In this document: piece after piece, positions 22,931-32,389 of the stretch | Numbering within the stretch: the stretch's first letter is position 1 | Layout: the number at the start of each line of letters is the position of its first letter | Assembly (NCBI GenBank): GCA_963740415.1 | Contig: CAVUEC010000011.1 | Coordinates: 449,380 to 513,379 of the forward strand | Direction of reading: 5' to 3' | Source: Candidatus Eiseniibacteriota bacterium | Lineage (GTDB): Bacteria > Eisenbacteria > RBG-16-71-46 > SZUA-252 | Length of the DNA: 64,000 nt | Position numbers and translations under genes: made by a program | The notes under the pieces: model-generated | The model's database searches: none | What the model saw: only the letters and a program-made list of their open reading frames with translations | What the model was told of the DNA's origin: nothing

Positions 22931-23416
22931 CTAGCGGTCGTGGGTGCCGGGTAGGGTCTCGGTGAACCAGTGAATTCCGCTTTGAATCGCCTGACGCTGC
23001 GCGCGGAACCACTCGTAGTGCTCGTACTCGTCGTCGGCCAGCTGGAGATAGGCCTTCCGAGCGGCCTCGTCGGGCGCGCCCTCGGCGAGCTTCTTGTACT
23101 TCCCGACGGCCTCCAGCTCCTGTTCCATCGCCATGCCCAGGACCTCAATCGCGGTCGCGTTGGTGCTGGGGATAGGCGCGTGCTCGTGCGGAAGCTTGGA
23201 GGTCTCGAAGCGGAATCTCTTCCCCGTCAGGGCCCGCCACCGCTCTTCCAGAATCTCCCGGTGGCGGTACTCCTCCTGGGCCAAGTGGCGGAACTGTTCC
23301 TTGCCGGAGGGATCGTGGATGACGTCGACCATCTTGAGGTAGTAGTCCGCGGACGATTGCTCGTCGTAGATCGCGTCCTCGATGATTTCCAGGACCTTGG
23401 CGGGCGTCGTCATCAT
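22931..23416 (-). CDS. Ferritin-like / rubrerythrin-family diiron protein
   Basis: Two E..EY.H motifs (AQEEYRHREIL, ADDEYEHYEWF). Confidence 0.6.
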   Translation of the reverse strand: MMTTPAKVLEIIEDAIYDEQSSADYYLKMVDVIHDPSGKEQFRHLAQEEYRHREILEERWRALTGKRFRFETSKLPHEHAPIPSTNATAIEVLGMAMEQELEAVGKYKKLAEGAPDEAARKAYLQLADDEYEHYEWFRAQRQAIQSGIHWFTETLPGTHDR

Positions 23417-23484
23417 CGAAGCAAGGGTATGCTATCCTGCCCTACCCTTCAACGCCCCTTTCCAGCTCGAGGGATCCACAACCC

Positions 23485-24490
23485 GTGATTTGGGACGTGA
23501 TCATCATCGGCGCGGGACCCGCCGGGCTCTCGGCGGCCCTGTTCACGCGCATGCGCCGGATGTCGACGCTCCTGATCGAGACGGCGGTCGCCGGGGGCCA
23601 GCTCGCCTCTCTGTATCCCAAGAAGCCGGTCCACGATTACCCCTCCTACACCTACGTGATGGGCGAGGACCTCGGGAAGAATTTCGTGGACCAGGCAAAT
23701 CACATGGACGCCCGGATTCAATCCGGAGAGCACGTCACCATGATCGCCCGGGACGACGCCGCGAACTTGATTCGCGTGACCTCCACCAAGGGCGCCTACG
23801 AGGCGACGAGCGTCATCGTGGCAACGGGCGGCGGCGCGTTCGAGCCGCGGAAGATCAACAAGCCGGGCGAGGCGGAGCTGCGCGGAAAAGGCGTCTTCTA
23901 CGGCATGCCCGACGTCGAGGCCACTCGCGGAAAGCGGGTGCTGGTCATTGGCGGCGGGGACAGCGCTCTCGAGTCGGCGCTCTCCATCAAGGAGACCGCG
24001 GCGTCCGTGGCGCTGATTCACATGCTGGACAAGTGGCAGGGAATGGACAGCTACGTGGAGGACGTCCAGCAGTCCTCAATCCGCTCGATGCTCGAAACGG
24101 AGACGGTCGAGATCAAAGGCCGGGACCGCGTGGAATCCGTCCGTGGTCCGAAACAAGAAGTCGGCGGTGGAAGAGGAGATTCCCATCGACGTGGTGGCGA
24201 TCAATATCGGCTATCTCATGGACACGAAGATCGTCCGGCAATGGGGCCTCACGCTCGAGGGAAACCAGATTCTGGTCGACAACGTCATGAACACGAACGT
24301 GAAAGGCATTTTCTGTTGCGGGGACATCGCCACGTATCCGGGGAAATACAAACTGCTCATCACGGCCTGCAGCGAAGGCGCCGCCGCCGCCAACACCGCC
24401 TACATTTACGTCAAGCAGCCCAAGAAGTTCACGGTCGGCGAGCTCTACGCCGCTCCCAAGGAAGAAGGCGACACCCAGCCGAAGTCGTAG
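23485..24490 (+). CDS. Thioredoxin-reductase-like FAD/NAD(P) oxidoreductase (ferredoxin-NADP+ reductase type 2 family). Apparent +1 frameshift near 24150
   Basis: GTG start, IIIGAGPAGL dinucleotide motif, second GGGDSA motif. C-terminal segment continues in +1 frame after an extra C at ~24150. Confidence 0.75.
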
Positions 24491-24516
24491 GTCGAGGGCG
24501 TTGGCACAGAAGGGGC

Positions 24517-24569
24517 GTGATGACCTTCGGGACACGGGAAGCAAAAGAAACGGTCCCTACGGTCATCAC
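24517..24569. terminator. Strong imperfect hairpin (15/17 bp stem, 19-nt loop) in convergent intergenic region after the FNR-like gene. No U-tract
   Basis: GTGATGACCTTCGGGAC ... GTCCCTACGGTCATCAC inverted repeat seen directly. Confidence 0.3.
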
Positions 24570-24803
24570 ACCCCCTTCTGCGTCAGCGCCCTCGCGCCTA
24601 TCGTGTCCCGGAGGGTATCGCCTCGCCCGAGGAAGAATGAGACGCGCGACCGCGGTCGTAGTTTGAGGGCGGTTCGGAGGGGGCGGGGCGGGATCGCCCC
24701 GGAGCGATTGGAGGCCCGACGCGGTTTCTTCCTTCTGCGTCGGGCCGACGCCTTACTGAGCGAGGGGGCGATCACGCCCCGCCCCCTCTGAACCGGCTGC
24801 GCC

Positions 24804-26150
24804 CTACGTCCCGCCGATCGTGAGTTCCTTGAACCTCAGGCTCGGCGAAGCGATCTGCGTGCGGAATTCGAGGTCTTTGCCTACCGCATCGATGCCGGTC
24901 AACATGTCGGTCAGCTTCCCCGCTACCGTCACGCCTTCCACGGGTTTGGTGATCTTCCCGTTCGCGATCCACGCGCCCTCGACCTGCTGCGAGTATTCTC
25001 CCGCGGTGAGGTCGAATCCGAACCCCGCGGTGCCCGTCACGTAGAGGCCGCGAGGGACCTCCTGGATCATCGTTTCCGGCTTGGACGAGCCGCGATCGAT
25101 GTAGAAGTTGGTGGCGCCGACCGCGGGAAGCGAGTCGTAGCCGCGGGCGGCGTTTCCAGTGGGATTCACGTTGGCGCGTCGCGCCGTCGCGGTCGTCTGG
25201 AGGAACTTCATCAGCACCCCGCGGTCGACGACGACCGATCGCCGCGTCTGGGCGCCTTCCCCGTCGAAGGGACGCGAGCCCAGCCCGCGCCGCATGATCC
25301 CGTCATCCACGATGGTGACGAGGGGCGATGCGATCGGCTGCCCCATCTTCCCGGCCAGGAAGGAGCGCTGCTCCAGCACGTTCAGTCCGCTGAAGGCGCC
25401 CAGCAGGCCGCCGACGAAGCCGCCCGCCGCCTCCGCCTCGAAGATTACCGGAACTTTGGTAGATGGAACGGGGCTCGCGCCGAGGCGCGCTATGGCCCGT
25501 TCGGCGGCCCTCCGCCCAATCCGCTCGGGCGTGACGAGGTCCTGGTAGATCCGCTTCCGGTCCGAGAACTCGCCCTCGCGCTTCATGGTGCCGTCGGTGG
25601 CGATCGCGGTGCAGGAGAGCCAGCAGTTGGTGGACTGGAAGAACTGATACGGGATGAACGTGTTGGTGAAATGAACCTCCCCCACGGCGTATCCCGCCCG
25701 GGTGTCCTGGGTCGTCTCGATGCGCTTGTCCTGCGCGATCGCGTTCTCCTCCAGGGCGCGGGCAAGCGGAATCAAATCCTCGGGTTTCATCGCCGCGATC
25801 ACGTCGTCGAAGATCTCGAGATTGCTCTGCGGCGGGAAGATCTGGTCCGGGAGCTTGTTCTCGTCCCGCGGCGTCGCTTCTCCGGCGAGCGCGATCGTCC
25901 GGTTCACCAGCTCGTCCACGACCGTGCGCCGGAGATCGGTGGTGTACATGAATCCCATTCTTCGATCGCGGAGAACCCGGAGGCCGAGACCCGTGATCGC
26001 GGACTGCTGGATCAACTCCACTTCGCGGTCGCGGACGCGCACTTCGGCGAGCGTGATGAACTCGAAATAGGTCTCCGCCTCGGCCGCGCCGGAGCGCTCC
26101 GCCAGGATGCGGACCCGTTCGATCTCGTCTTTGATCTTCGGTCGTTCCAT
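24804..26150 (-). CDS. pmbA: PmbA/TldE-family metalloprotease partner
   Basis: 448-aa C-terminal part of the long six-frame ORF (start MERPKIKDEIERVR at 26150). TldD/PmbA fold signature blocks. Confidence 0.85.
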   Translation of the reverse strand: MERPKIKDEIERVRILAERSGAAEAETYFEFITLAEVRVRDREVELIQQSAITGLGLRVLRDRRMGFMYTTDLRRTVVDELVNRTIALAGEATPRDENKLPDQIFPPQSNLEIFDDVIAAMKPEDLIPLARALEENAIAQDKRIETTQDTRAGYAVGEVHFTNTFIPYQFFQSTNCWLSCTAIATDGTMKREGEFSDRKRIYQDLVTPERIGRRAAERAIARLGASPVPSTKVPVIFEAEAAGGFVGGLLGAFSGLNVLEQRSFLAGKMGQPIASPLVTIVDDGIMRRGLGSRPFDGEGAQTRRSVVVDRGVLMKFLQTTATARRANVNPTGNAARGYDSLPAVGATNFYIDRGSSKPETMIQEVPRGLYVTGTAGFGFDLTAGEYSQQVEGAWIANGKITKPVEGVTVAGKLTDMLTGIDAVGKDLEFRTQIASPSLRFKELTIGGT

Positions 26151-26152
26151 AT

Positions 26153-27703
26153 CTAGATCGCCGTACCGCCCACGGTGATGGAGGAAAAGCGGACCGTCGG
26201 CTGCCCCACACCCACGGGCACCCACTGCCCATCCTTGCCGCAGGTGCCGCGGGTCTGCTCCACGGCCAGGTCGCGGCCGATCCCCTCGATGAGGGTCATG
26301 GTCTGGAGCGAGTTCCCGATCAGGACCGCCCCCCGCACCGGCTGGGTGAGCTTGCCGTTCTCGATGAGGTAGCCGAGCCGGACGGCAAAATTGAAGTTCC
26401 CGCTCGTGGTGTCCACCGATCCGCCGCCCATTTCGGCGGCGTAGAAGCCCTTGGTGATCCCGCTCAGAAGCGACGCCGGGTCGCTCGTGCCGGCGTCGAT
26501 GTACGTGTTTGTCATCCTCGGGATCGGGCGGTTGCGGTAGGACATCCTCCTGCCGTTCCCGGTCGGCCGCATGGACAGAAGATTCCCGCTCTGGCGGTCG
26601 AGGAGATAGGACTGGAGGACACCGCCGTCGATCAGGACCGTCTTCTGGCCCAGCGTGGCCTCGTCGTCGACGGCGAACGAGCCGCGGCCGTTGGGCCACC
26701 GCGCGTCGTCCACGACGCGGAGGAGCGGCGAGCCCACCTTGGCGCCGAGCTTGCCGCTCAGAAACGACGTGTTGCGGCTGATGCCGTCTCCTTCGGACGC
26801 GTGCCCGAACGACTCGTGGATCAGCACGCCTCCCCAGCCCGGCCCGATCACCACCGGCATGGATCCGGCCGGCGCGGGTCCCGCGCCGAGCAGGGTGATC
26901 GCCTGCTTGGCGGCATCGCGGGCGACAGACTGGGGATCGCGCTTCTGGAAGTAGTACTCGTCGACGCGTCCCCCCATGGATGCGAATCCGGTGCGGCGGT
27001 CCGAGCCCTGCACTGCCGTCGGCGTGCAGACGATCGACACGAGGTACTGGCGGTCGATCACGTAGGCCCCGTCCGAGGTGCCGCACAGGATGTCCCGCGT
27101 CTCGTCCTGATACTCGATCCGAACGGAGACGATCCGAGGATCGACGCTCCGCGCCGCGGCGTCCATGCGTCCGAGGAGGTCGAACTTCGTCTGCTCGGCC
27201 ATCATCGGCGCGGGGGCGAGGATCGAGAACGGCGGGGGCGCATTGCGCAGTCTCACGTCCAATGGGCGCACGGGGCTCTGATTCTGGACGACGCTCGAGG
27301 CCACGTGCGCCGCGTCGAGGAGATCGTTGTAGGAGATTTCGTCGGTGAACGCGTGGCCTGTCTGCTTGCGCCGGAAGACGCGAACGGCGGCGCCGCGGGG
27401 ATAGCCGTAGGTGACGGAGTCGATCTTTCCGTCGTCGAGAACGATGTTGGTGCGGAATCGCTGCTCGGCAAACACGTCGGCGAAGTCGCCGCCGCGCTTC
27501 AGGGCCTCGATCAGGATCTGGTTGACCGTCTCGAGGTTCAAGACGTCGCGCAGCTCCTGGCCGATCCCCATGATGGCGGCCTCGGCCTGGCCCGCGCCTT
27601 TGACCCAAGGGAGCGACGAGGCTCCTCCGGCGAGAATGGCTCCGGAGAGGAGCGCGCTGTTTCTCAGAAACTCCCGCCGGGAGATGGAGTGGTCGGAACC
27701 CAT
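26153..27703 (-). CDS. tldD: TldD-family metalloprotease with twin-arginine (Tat) signal peptide
   Basis: Start MGSDHSISRREFLRNSALLSGAILAGG (RRxFL Tat motif), then a TldD core including HESFGH. 2 nt from the pmbA start. Confidence 0.85.
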   Translation of the reverse strand: MGSDHSISRREFLRNSALLSGAILAGGASSLPWVKGAGQAEAAIMGIGQELRDVLNLETVNQILIEALKRGGDFADVFAEQRFRTNIVLDDGKIDSVTYGYPRGAAVRVFRRKQTGHAFTDEISYNDLLDAAHVASSVVQNQSPVRPLDVRLRNAPPPFSILAPAPMMAEQTKFDLLGRMDAAARSVDPRIVSVRIEYQDETRDILCGTSDGAYVIDRQYLVSIVCTPTAVQGSDRRTGFASMGGRVDEYYFQKRDPQSVARDAAKQAITLLGAGPAPAGSMPVVIGPGWGGVLIHESFGHASEGDGISRNTSFLSGKLGAKVGSPLLRVVDDARWPNGRGSFAVDDEATLGQKTVLIDGGVLQSYLLDRQSGNLLSMRPTGNGRRMSYRNRPIPRMTNTYIDAGTSDPASLLSGITKGFYAAEMGGGSVDTTSGNFNFAVRLGYLIENGKLTQPVRGAVLIGNSLQTMTLIEGIGRDLAVEQTRGTCGKDGQWVPVGVGQPTVRFSSITVGGTAI

Positions 27704-27772
27704 CTGGTGCAGCCTGGCAGAATCGGGCCCGGGTTGCAAGAGGGCCGTGTCAATGCTACGGTTACGGGGACG

Positions 27773-28198
27773 ATGGAGCGGATCCGGAACAAGATCTTCT
27801 CGGTGGAAGAGGCGAACGAGCTCATCCCCTTCCTGGAGCGCACGCTCACCGACCTGGTCTCCTTGGGGCGCGACATCACGGAGTGCCGCAGGGAGATCGA
27901 GGTTCTTTCCGCCATCGAAAGCACCGGCGCGAGCCCGGCCAGCGCGGACGTCCAGGCGCTTCGCGCGCGGGAGAAGTCCTATGCGTCCAGCCTGGAGCGA
28001 TTCCGCGATACCCTCACCGAAATTTCCCGCCACGGATGCGTCCTTCGCGACCTGGAGCTGGGACTCGTCGACTTCTACACGATGGCCCGCGGCCAGGTCG
28101 TCTGCCTGTGCTGGAGGCGCGGCGAGGCGCGCATCGAGCATTGGCACCCGATCGACGAAGGATTCTCCGGCCGCCGCCCTCTCGAAGATCTGGCGTAG
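27773..28198 (+). CDS. DUF2203-family small protein
   Basis: 141 aa; GCVLRDLELGLVDFYT...VCLCWRRGE..IEHWHPIDEGFSGRRPL resembles DUF2203 (assignment from memory). Confidence 0.55.
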   Translation: MERIRNKIFSVEEANELIPFLERTLTDLVSLGRDITECRREIEVLSAIESTGASPASADVQALRAREKSYASSLERFRDTLTEISRHGCVLRDLELGLVDFYTMARGQVVCLCWRRGEARIEHWHPIDEGFSGRRPLEDLA

Positions 28199-28218
28199 CC
28201 GCCCACCGGCGTAGTCCC

Positions 28219-29935
28219 GTGGACAAACGAGACGTCTCGCGCGTACTGGAGGAGGTCGCGGTCCTTCTCGAGCTGAAGGGCGCCAATCCCTTCAAGATTC
28301 GCGCCTACGAGAACGCGGCCCGCGCGATCGACGGACTGACCCAGGATCTCGGCGCGCTCATCGAGGAAGGGACGCTGATCGACGTGAAGGGGATCGGCGA
28401 TTCCATCGCGAGAAACGTCGCCGAGTTCTGGAAGACCGGCCACATGAAGTTCTACGAGGAGCTGGCCGATTCGACGCCCCCCGGTTACCTCGACATGATC
28501 CGCGTCCCGGGTCTCGGAGCGAAGAAGGTTCGCGCCCTGGGCGCGGCCCTCGACATCACGTCCCTCGCCGACCTGAAGCGCGCCGCCGAGCAGGGAAAGA
28601 TCCGGGACCTGCCTGGATTTGGAGAGAAGTCCGAGAAGAAGATCCTCCAGGGCGTGGCGCTCGTGGAAGGCGGCGCGGGCCGGCACCTGGCCGCCGAGGT
28701 GAGGCCGCTGGCCGAGGATCTCCTGGCCAAGCTCCGGAACATGCCGGAGGTGGAGCAGGCCGAGGTCGGCGGAAGCCTCCGGCGCTGGGTGGAGACGGTG
28801 AAGGATGTCGACCTGCTGGTCGCGACCAACCACCCGGCCGCGGTCACGAAGGCGTACATGAAGCTCGTGCCCGACGCGACCGTGATCGGAAGCGGAGAGA
28901 CCAAGACCTCGGTGAGGCTCCCGAGCGGGCTGGCGGTCGATCTGCGGTTGGTCACGCCGTAGAGAATTCCCCTTCGCGCTCCACTACTTCACGGGAAACG
29001 TGGCCCACAACATCCGCATCCGCTCGCGCGCCCTGGATCGCGGATGGAGCTTGAACGAGTACGCACTCTCGGGGAAGAAGCGGCACGCCGCGATCGCGAG
29101 CGAGGCCGACCTCTTCAAGGTCCTGGGCCTTCCCTACATCGAGCCGGAGCTTCGCGAGGACCGCGGCGAGATCGAGGCCGCGGAGAAGGGCGCCCTCCCC
29201 GACCTGATCACGCTGGACGACCTCCGCGGCCTCATCCATTGCCACACGACGTACAGCGACGGGCGCGCGACGCTCGAGGAAATGGCCAAGGGCGCGGAGA
29301 AGTGGGGCGCGGAGTATCTCGGACTCACCGATCACAGCGCGTCGGCCCGGTACGCGAACGGCCTCTCCGAGGACGACCTCAAGCGCCAGCACGCGGACAT
29401 CGACAAGTGGAACGCCAAGTCGAAGAAGCTCCGCATTCTCAAGGGAGCGGAGGTTGACATTCTCCCCGACGGAACCCTGGACTATCCGGGCAAGGTCCTC
29501 GCCCGGCTCGACTTCGTCATCGCCTCCATCCACACCAACTTCACCATGAACGAGGAGGAGATGACGCGGCGCGTCGTCCGCGCGCTCCGTAATCGCTACG
29601 TCGGCATCCTGGCGCATCCCACCGGGCGCCTTCTGCTCCAGCGCGACGGCTTCAAGATCCACCTTGAGGAGATCTTCAAGGTGGCCGCCGAAGAGGGCGT
29701 CGTCATCGAGCTGAACGCGAACCCGCACCGGCTGGAGCTGGACTGGCGGCAGATCCCGGCGGCCAAGGAGGCGAAGGTCCGGTTCGCGGTCAATCCGGAC
29801 GCCCACGACGTCGCGGGCTACAACGATCTCGTTTACGGCATCGGCGCGGCGCGCAAGGGATGGCTGACCGCGAAGGACGTGATCAACTGCCTCCCCGCCG
29901 ACAAGGCGCTCTCCATTCTCCGGGCCCGGCGATGA
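28219..29935 (+). CDS. polX: DNA polymerase X family (Pol beta-like polymerase domain + C-terminal PHP phosphoesterase domain). Apparent +1 frameshift near 28960
   Basis: GTG start (VDKRDVSRVLEEVAVLLELKGANPFKIRAYENAAR). The C-terminal PHP domain continues in the +1 frame (…EFPFALHYFTGNVAHNIRIRSRA…HCHTTYSDG…), giving a 572-aa collinear PolX. Confidence 0.8.
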
Positions 29936-31476
29936 AACGCCGCGCGATCGCTGGATCCGGCCGACGGCGCCGCGCCACCGCGACCGTCCGGTTCTTCCCC
30001 AACGATCCGGACGCTCCCACCGGCCTGGTTCCCGCGACCCCGCTCCCCCGCGCGCTGGGCGATCCGCCCTACGTGATCGAGGGGCGGCGCTATGCGCCCG
30101 CGCCGTACGCGCCCGGGACCCTCGCGTTTCAGTACTGGCAGGGCGAGATCGCACTCGCGCGCACGGTGCGGGTGTGGGAGGACCTCTTCGACCGGGACTT
30201 TTCGGCCTGGGAGAGCGGCCGGCCGCTCCGGGTGCGCCTTCGCGCCGGCAAGGATCTGAACGCGTTTTACGATCGGAAAGGCCTCCAGTTCTTCTACGAC
30301 GTCGATCGCAAGACCGGCCGCACCGTGTACGCGGCCGAGAGCCTCGACGTCGTGGCCCATGAGGCGGGACACGCCGTGCTCGACGTCTATCAGCCCGGGT
30401 ACTGGTCGAGCGTGGACCTGGAAACGGCCGCGTTTCACGAGGCGTTCGGCGACTGTTCGGCGCTCCTGACCACGCTCACCGATGCCTCAGTGCGGGCTGC
30501 ATTCCTCGAGGAAACGAAGGGCTCGCTCCGGAAGAGCAATCTCGTGTCCAGGCTGGCGGAAGCCCTCGGGCGCGCTCTCTACGATAACTACGGGCCGGGA
30601 TCGGTGAGCGACCCCACCCGGCTGCGCGACGCCAACAACTCGTTCCGGTACGCTGCGCCCGACCGCCTTTCCCCGAGCGCCCCGGACAACCGCCTTGCCG
30701 CCGAGCCCCATTCCTTTTCACGAGTCTTCACCGGCGCGTTTTACGACACGTTGATCTGGCTCGTCGCGCGGGAGCTGAAGCGGGAACCGTCAGAAGCGGC
30801 GCTGGAGCGCGCGCGGCGTCTGGCCGGACGGATTCTGGGCCGCGCGGTGGAGACCGTGCCGCCGGGCGACGCCCGCTACGCGACCGTGGCCGCGCGCATG
30901 CGGGATATCGATCAGACGGAAGAAGGCGGCGTGGCTTCGGTGGGGATCGAGCTGGGCTTCGCGCGCCACGGCATCCGGCTCCCGCCGCTCCCCGTTTCCC
31001 GGCGGAACCAGGCGCGCCCGAGCCCTTACCGCGCGCTGCGCGCCCTGGATCCGGACCGCCCGGGCGGAGGCGCGGCCCTCCGGGCGGCGCTGCGGGTGCC
31101 ACCGGGGGCGCGCATCGAGCGCACGTCCCTTCCCGCCCGGGTGGGCGGAGGCGTCCGCGAGCAATTCATTCACAGGGATGCGATCGAAGTCCGAGACCGG
31201 TCCCTGGGACGGCTGAGCGGGGTAACGGTCGGGATTCACTGCGGCTGCACGTTGACGCGGGGACCCTCGGGTGACGTCGAGGGCGCCTCCCTGGCGCCTC
31301 ATCCTCACCCGACATCCGGTGAGGTGGCCCGCCAGCTCAGGCGCTGGATGGCGATGGACGCGATCGAGATTTCAGGGCGCGGCGCGGCCGCTCGGAGCAG
31401 CCGCGACCTCTTCCGGGATCGAAAGCCGTTCCGCGTGACTCCCTCCCGGCACATCGAGCGCGTCTACTTCGACTGA
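29932..31476 (+). CDS. Uncharacterised cytoplasmic gluzincin with thermolysin (M4)-like active-site core; start overlaps the polX stop (ATGA)
   Basis: NAFYDRKGLQFFYDVD...LDVVAHEAGHAVLD...(20 aa)...FHEAFGDCSA aligns with thermolysin NAFWNGSEMVYGDGDG...VVAHELTHAVTD...NEAISDIFG. No signal peptide, Arg-rich termini. Confidence 0.6.
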   Translation: MKRRAIAGSGRRRRATATVRFFPNDPDAPTGLVPATPLPRALGDPPYVIEGRRYAPAPYAPGTLAFQYWQGEIALARTVRVWEDLFDRDFSAWESGRPLRVRLRAGKDLNAFYDRKGLQFFYDVDRKTGRTVYAAESLDVVAHEAGHAVLDVYQPGYWSSVDLETAAFHEAFGDCSALLTTLTDASVRAAFLEETKGSLRKSNLVSRLAEALGRALYDNYGPGSVSDPTRLRDANNSFRYAAPDRLSPSAPDNRLAAEPHSFSRVFTGAFYDTLIWLVARELKREPSEAALERARRLAGRILGRAVETVPPGDARYATVAARMRDIDQTEEGGVASVGIELGFARHGIRLPPLPVSRRNQARPSPYRALRALDPDRPGGGAALRAALRVPPGARIERTSLPARVGGGVREQFIHRDAIEVRDRSLGRLSGVTVGIHCGCTLTRGPSGDVEGASLAPHPHPTSGEVARQLRRWMAMDAIEISGRGAAARSSRDLFRDRKPFRVTPSRHIERVYFD

Positions 31477-31573
31477 ACGGGCGTGCCGCGCCGCCGGCAT
31501 CGCGCACCGCTCGGCGCCGTATACAGAACCGTCGCGTGGCCGAGCCAGGTGATCGAAACGCCGAGGTTCCTGG

Positions 31574-32389
31574 TCATCGGGCCCTCCGCGACGCTGCTTT
31601 CTTTCGCGCGGGCTTCGCCGTCTTCCGTTTGGCGCCGCCCGGCTTCTTCCGCGGACCTCTCGCCGCCTTCTTCCGGGCGGGTTTCGCGGCCTTCCTGCCG
31701 CCCGCCTTCGCGCCCGCGGCGCGCGATCCGGCCCGGGCCTTCTCCCACGGCGGAACCTTGCCGCTCTGAAAGTAGGCCGCGCTCGGGCAGAGATCCTTCA
31801 CGGCGCACTCCGAGCACTTTGGCTTCCGCGCGACGCAGGTGCGCCGTCCGTGCACGATGAGGAGGTGGGCGAACAGGATCCACTCATCGCGCGGAAGAAC
31901 CCGCATCAGATCGCGCTCCACCTCCTCGGGCGTTCCCCCGCGGGTCAGTCCCAGCCGTTTCGCGATTCGATGGACGTGGGTATCCACCACCACTCCCGCC
32001 GGGATCCCAAACGCCGTGCCCAAGACCACGTTCGCGGTCTTCCGCGCCACGCCCTGGAGCGTGAGCAGCTCCTCCATCGTGCGCGGAACGGTACCGCCGA
32101 ACGCCTCCACGATGCGCTGAGACGCGGCCCGGATGGACTTGGCTTTGTTCCGGTAGAACCCCGTCGAGCGGATGATCGCCTCGAGCGCCTCCTGCGTGGC
32201 GCCGCTCATCGCGGCCGGGTCGGGGTACTGGGCGAACAACGTCGGCGTCACCATGTTGACCCGCGCGTCCGTGCACTGCGCGGACAGGATCGTGGCCACC
32301 AGAAGCTGGAACGGGTTCTCGTGGGTTAAAGCGCAGGCCGCGTCCGGGTACGCCCGGCGCAGGCGTTCGATCAACGCCGCGACGTCCAT
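31574..32389 (-). CDS. nth: Endonuclease III (Nth) with an ~50-aa Lys/Ala/Pro-rich histone-H1-like C-terminal tail
   Basis: HhH-GPD and [4Fe-4S] Cys cluster (C..C..C....C). Tail AKAGGRKAAKPARKKAARGPRKKPGGAKRKTAKPARKKAASRRAR. Confidence 0.9.
   Translation of the reverse strand: MDVAALIERLRRAYPDAACALTHENPFQLLVATILSAQCTDARVNMVTPTLFAQYPDPAAMSGATQEALEAIIRSTGFYRNKAKSIRAASQRIVEAFGGTVPRTMEELLTLQGVARKTANVVLGTAFGIPAGVVVDTHVHRIAKRLGLTRGGTPEEVERDLMRVLPRDEWILFAHLLIVHGRRTCVARKPKCSECAVKDLCPSAAYFQSGKVPPWEKARAGSRAAGAKAGGRKAAKPARKKAARGPRKKPGGAKRKTAKPARKKAASRRAR

Noticed and set aside
24804-28147. 934-aa and 664-aa minus-strand ORFs
   Set aside because: Each extends far upstream of the true start. The real genes are pmbA (ATG 26150) and tldD (ATG 27703), identified by homology onset and start codons.
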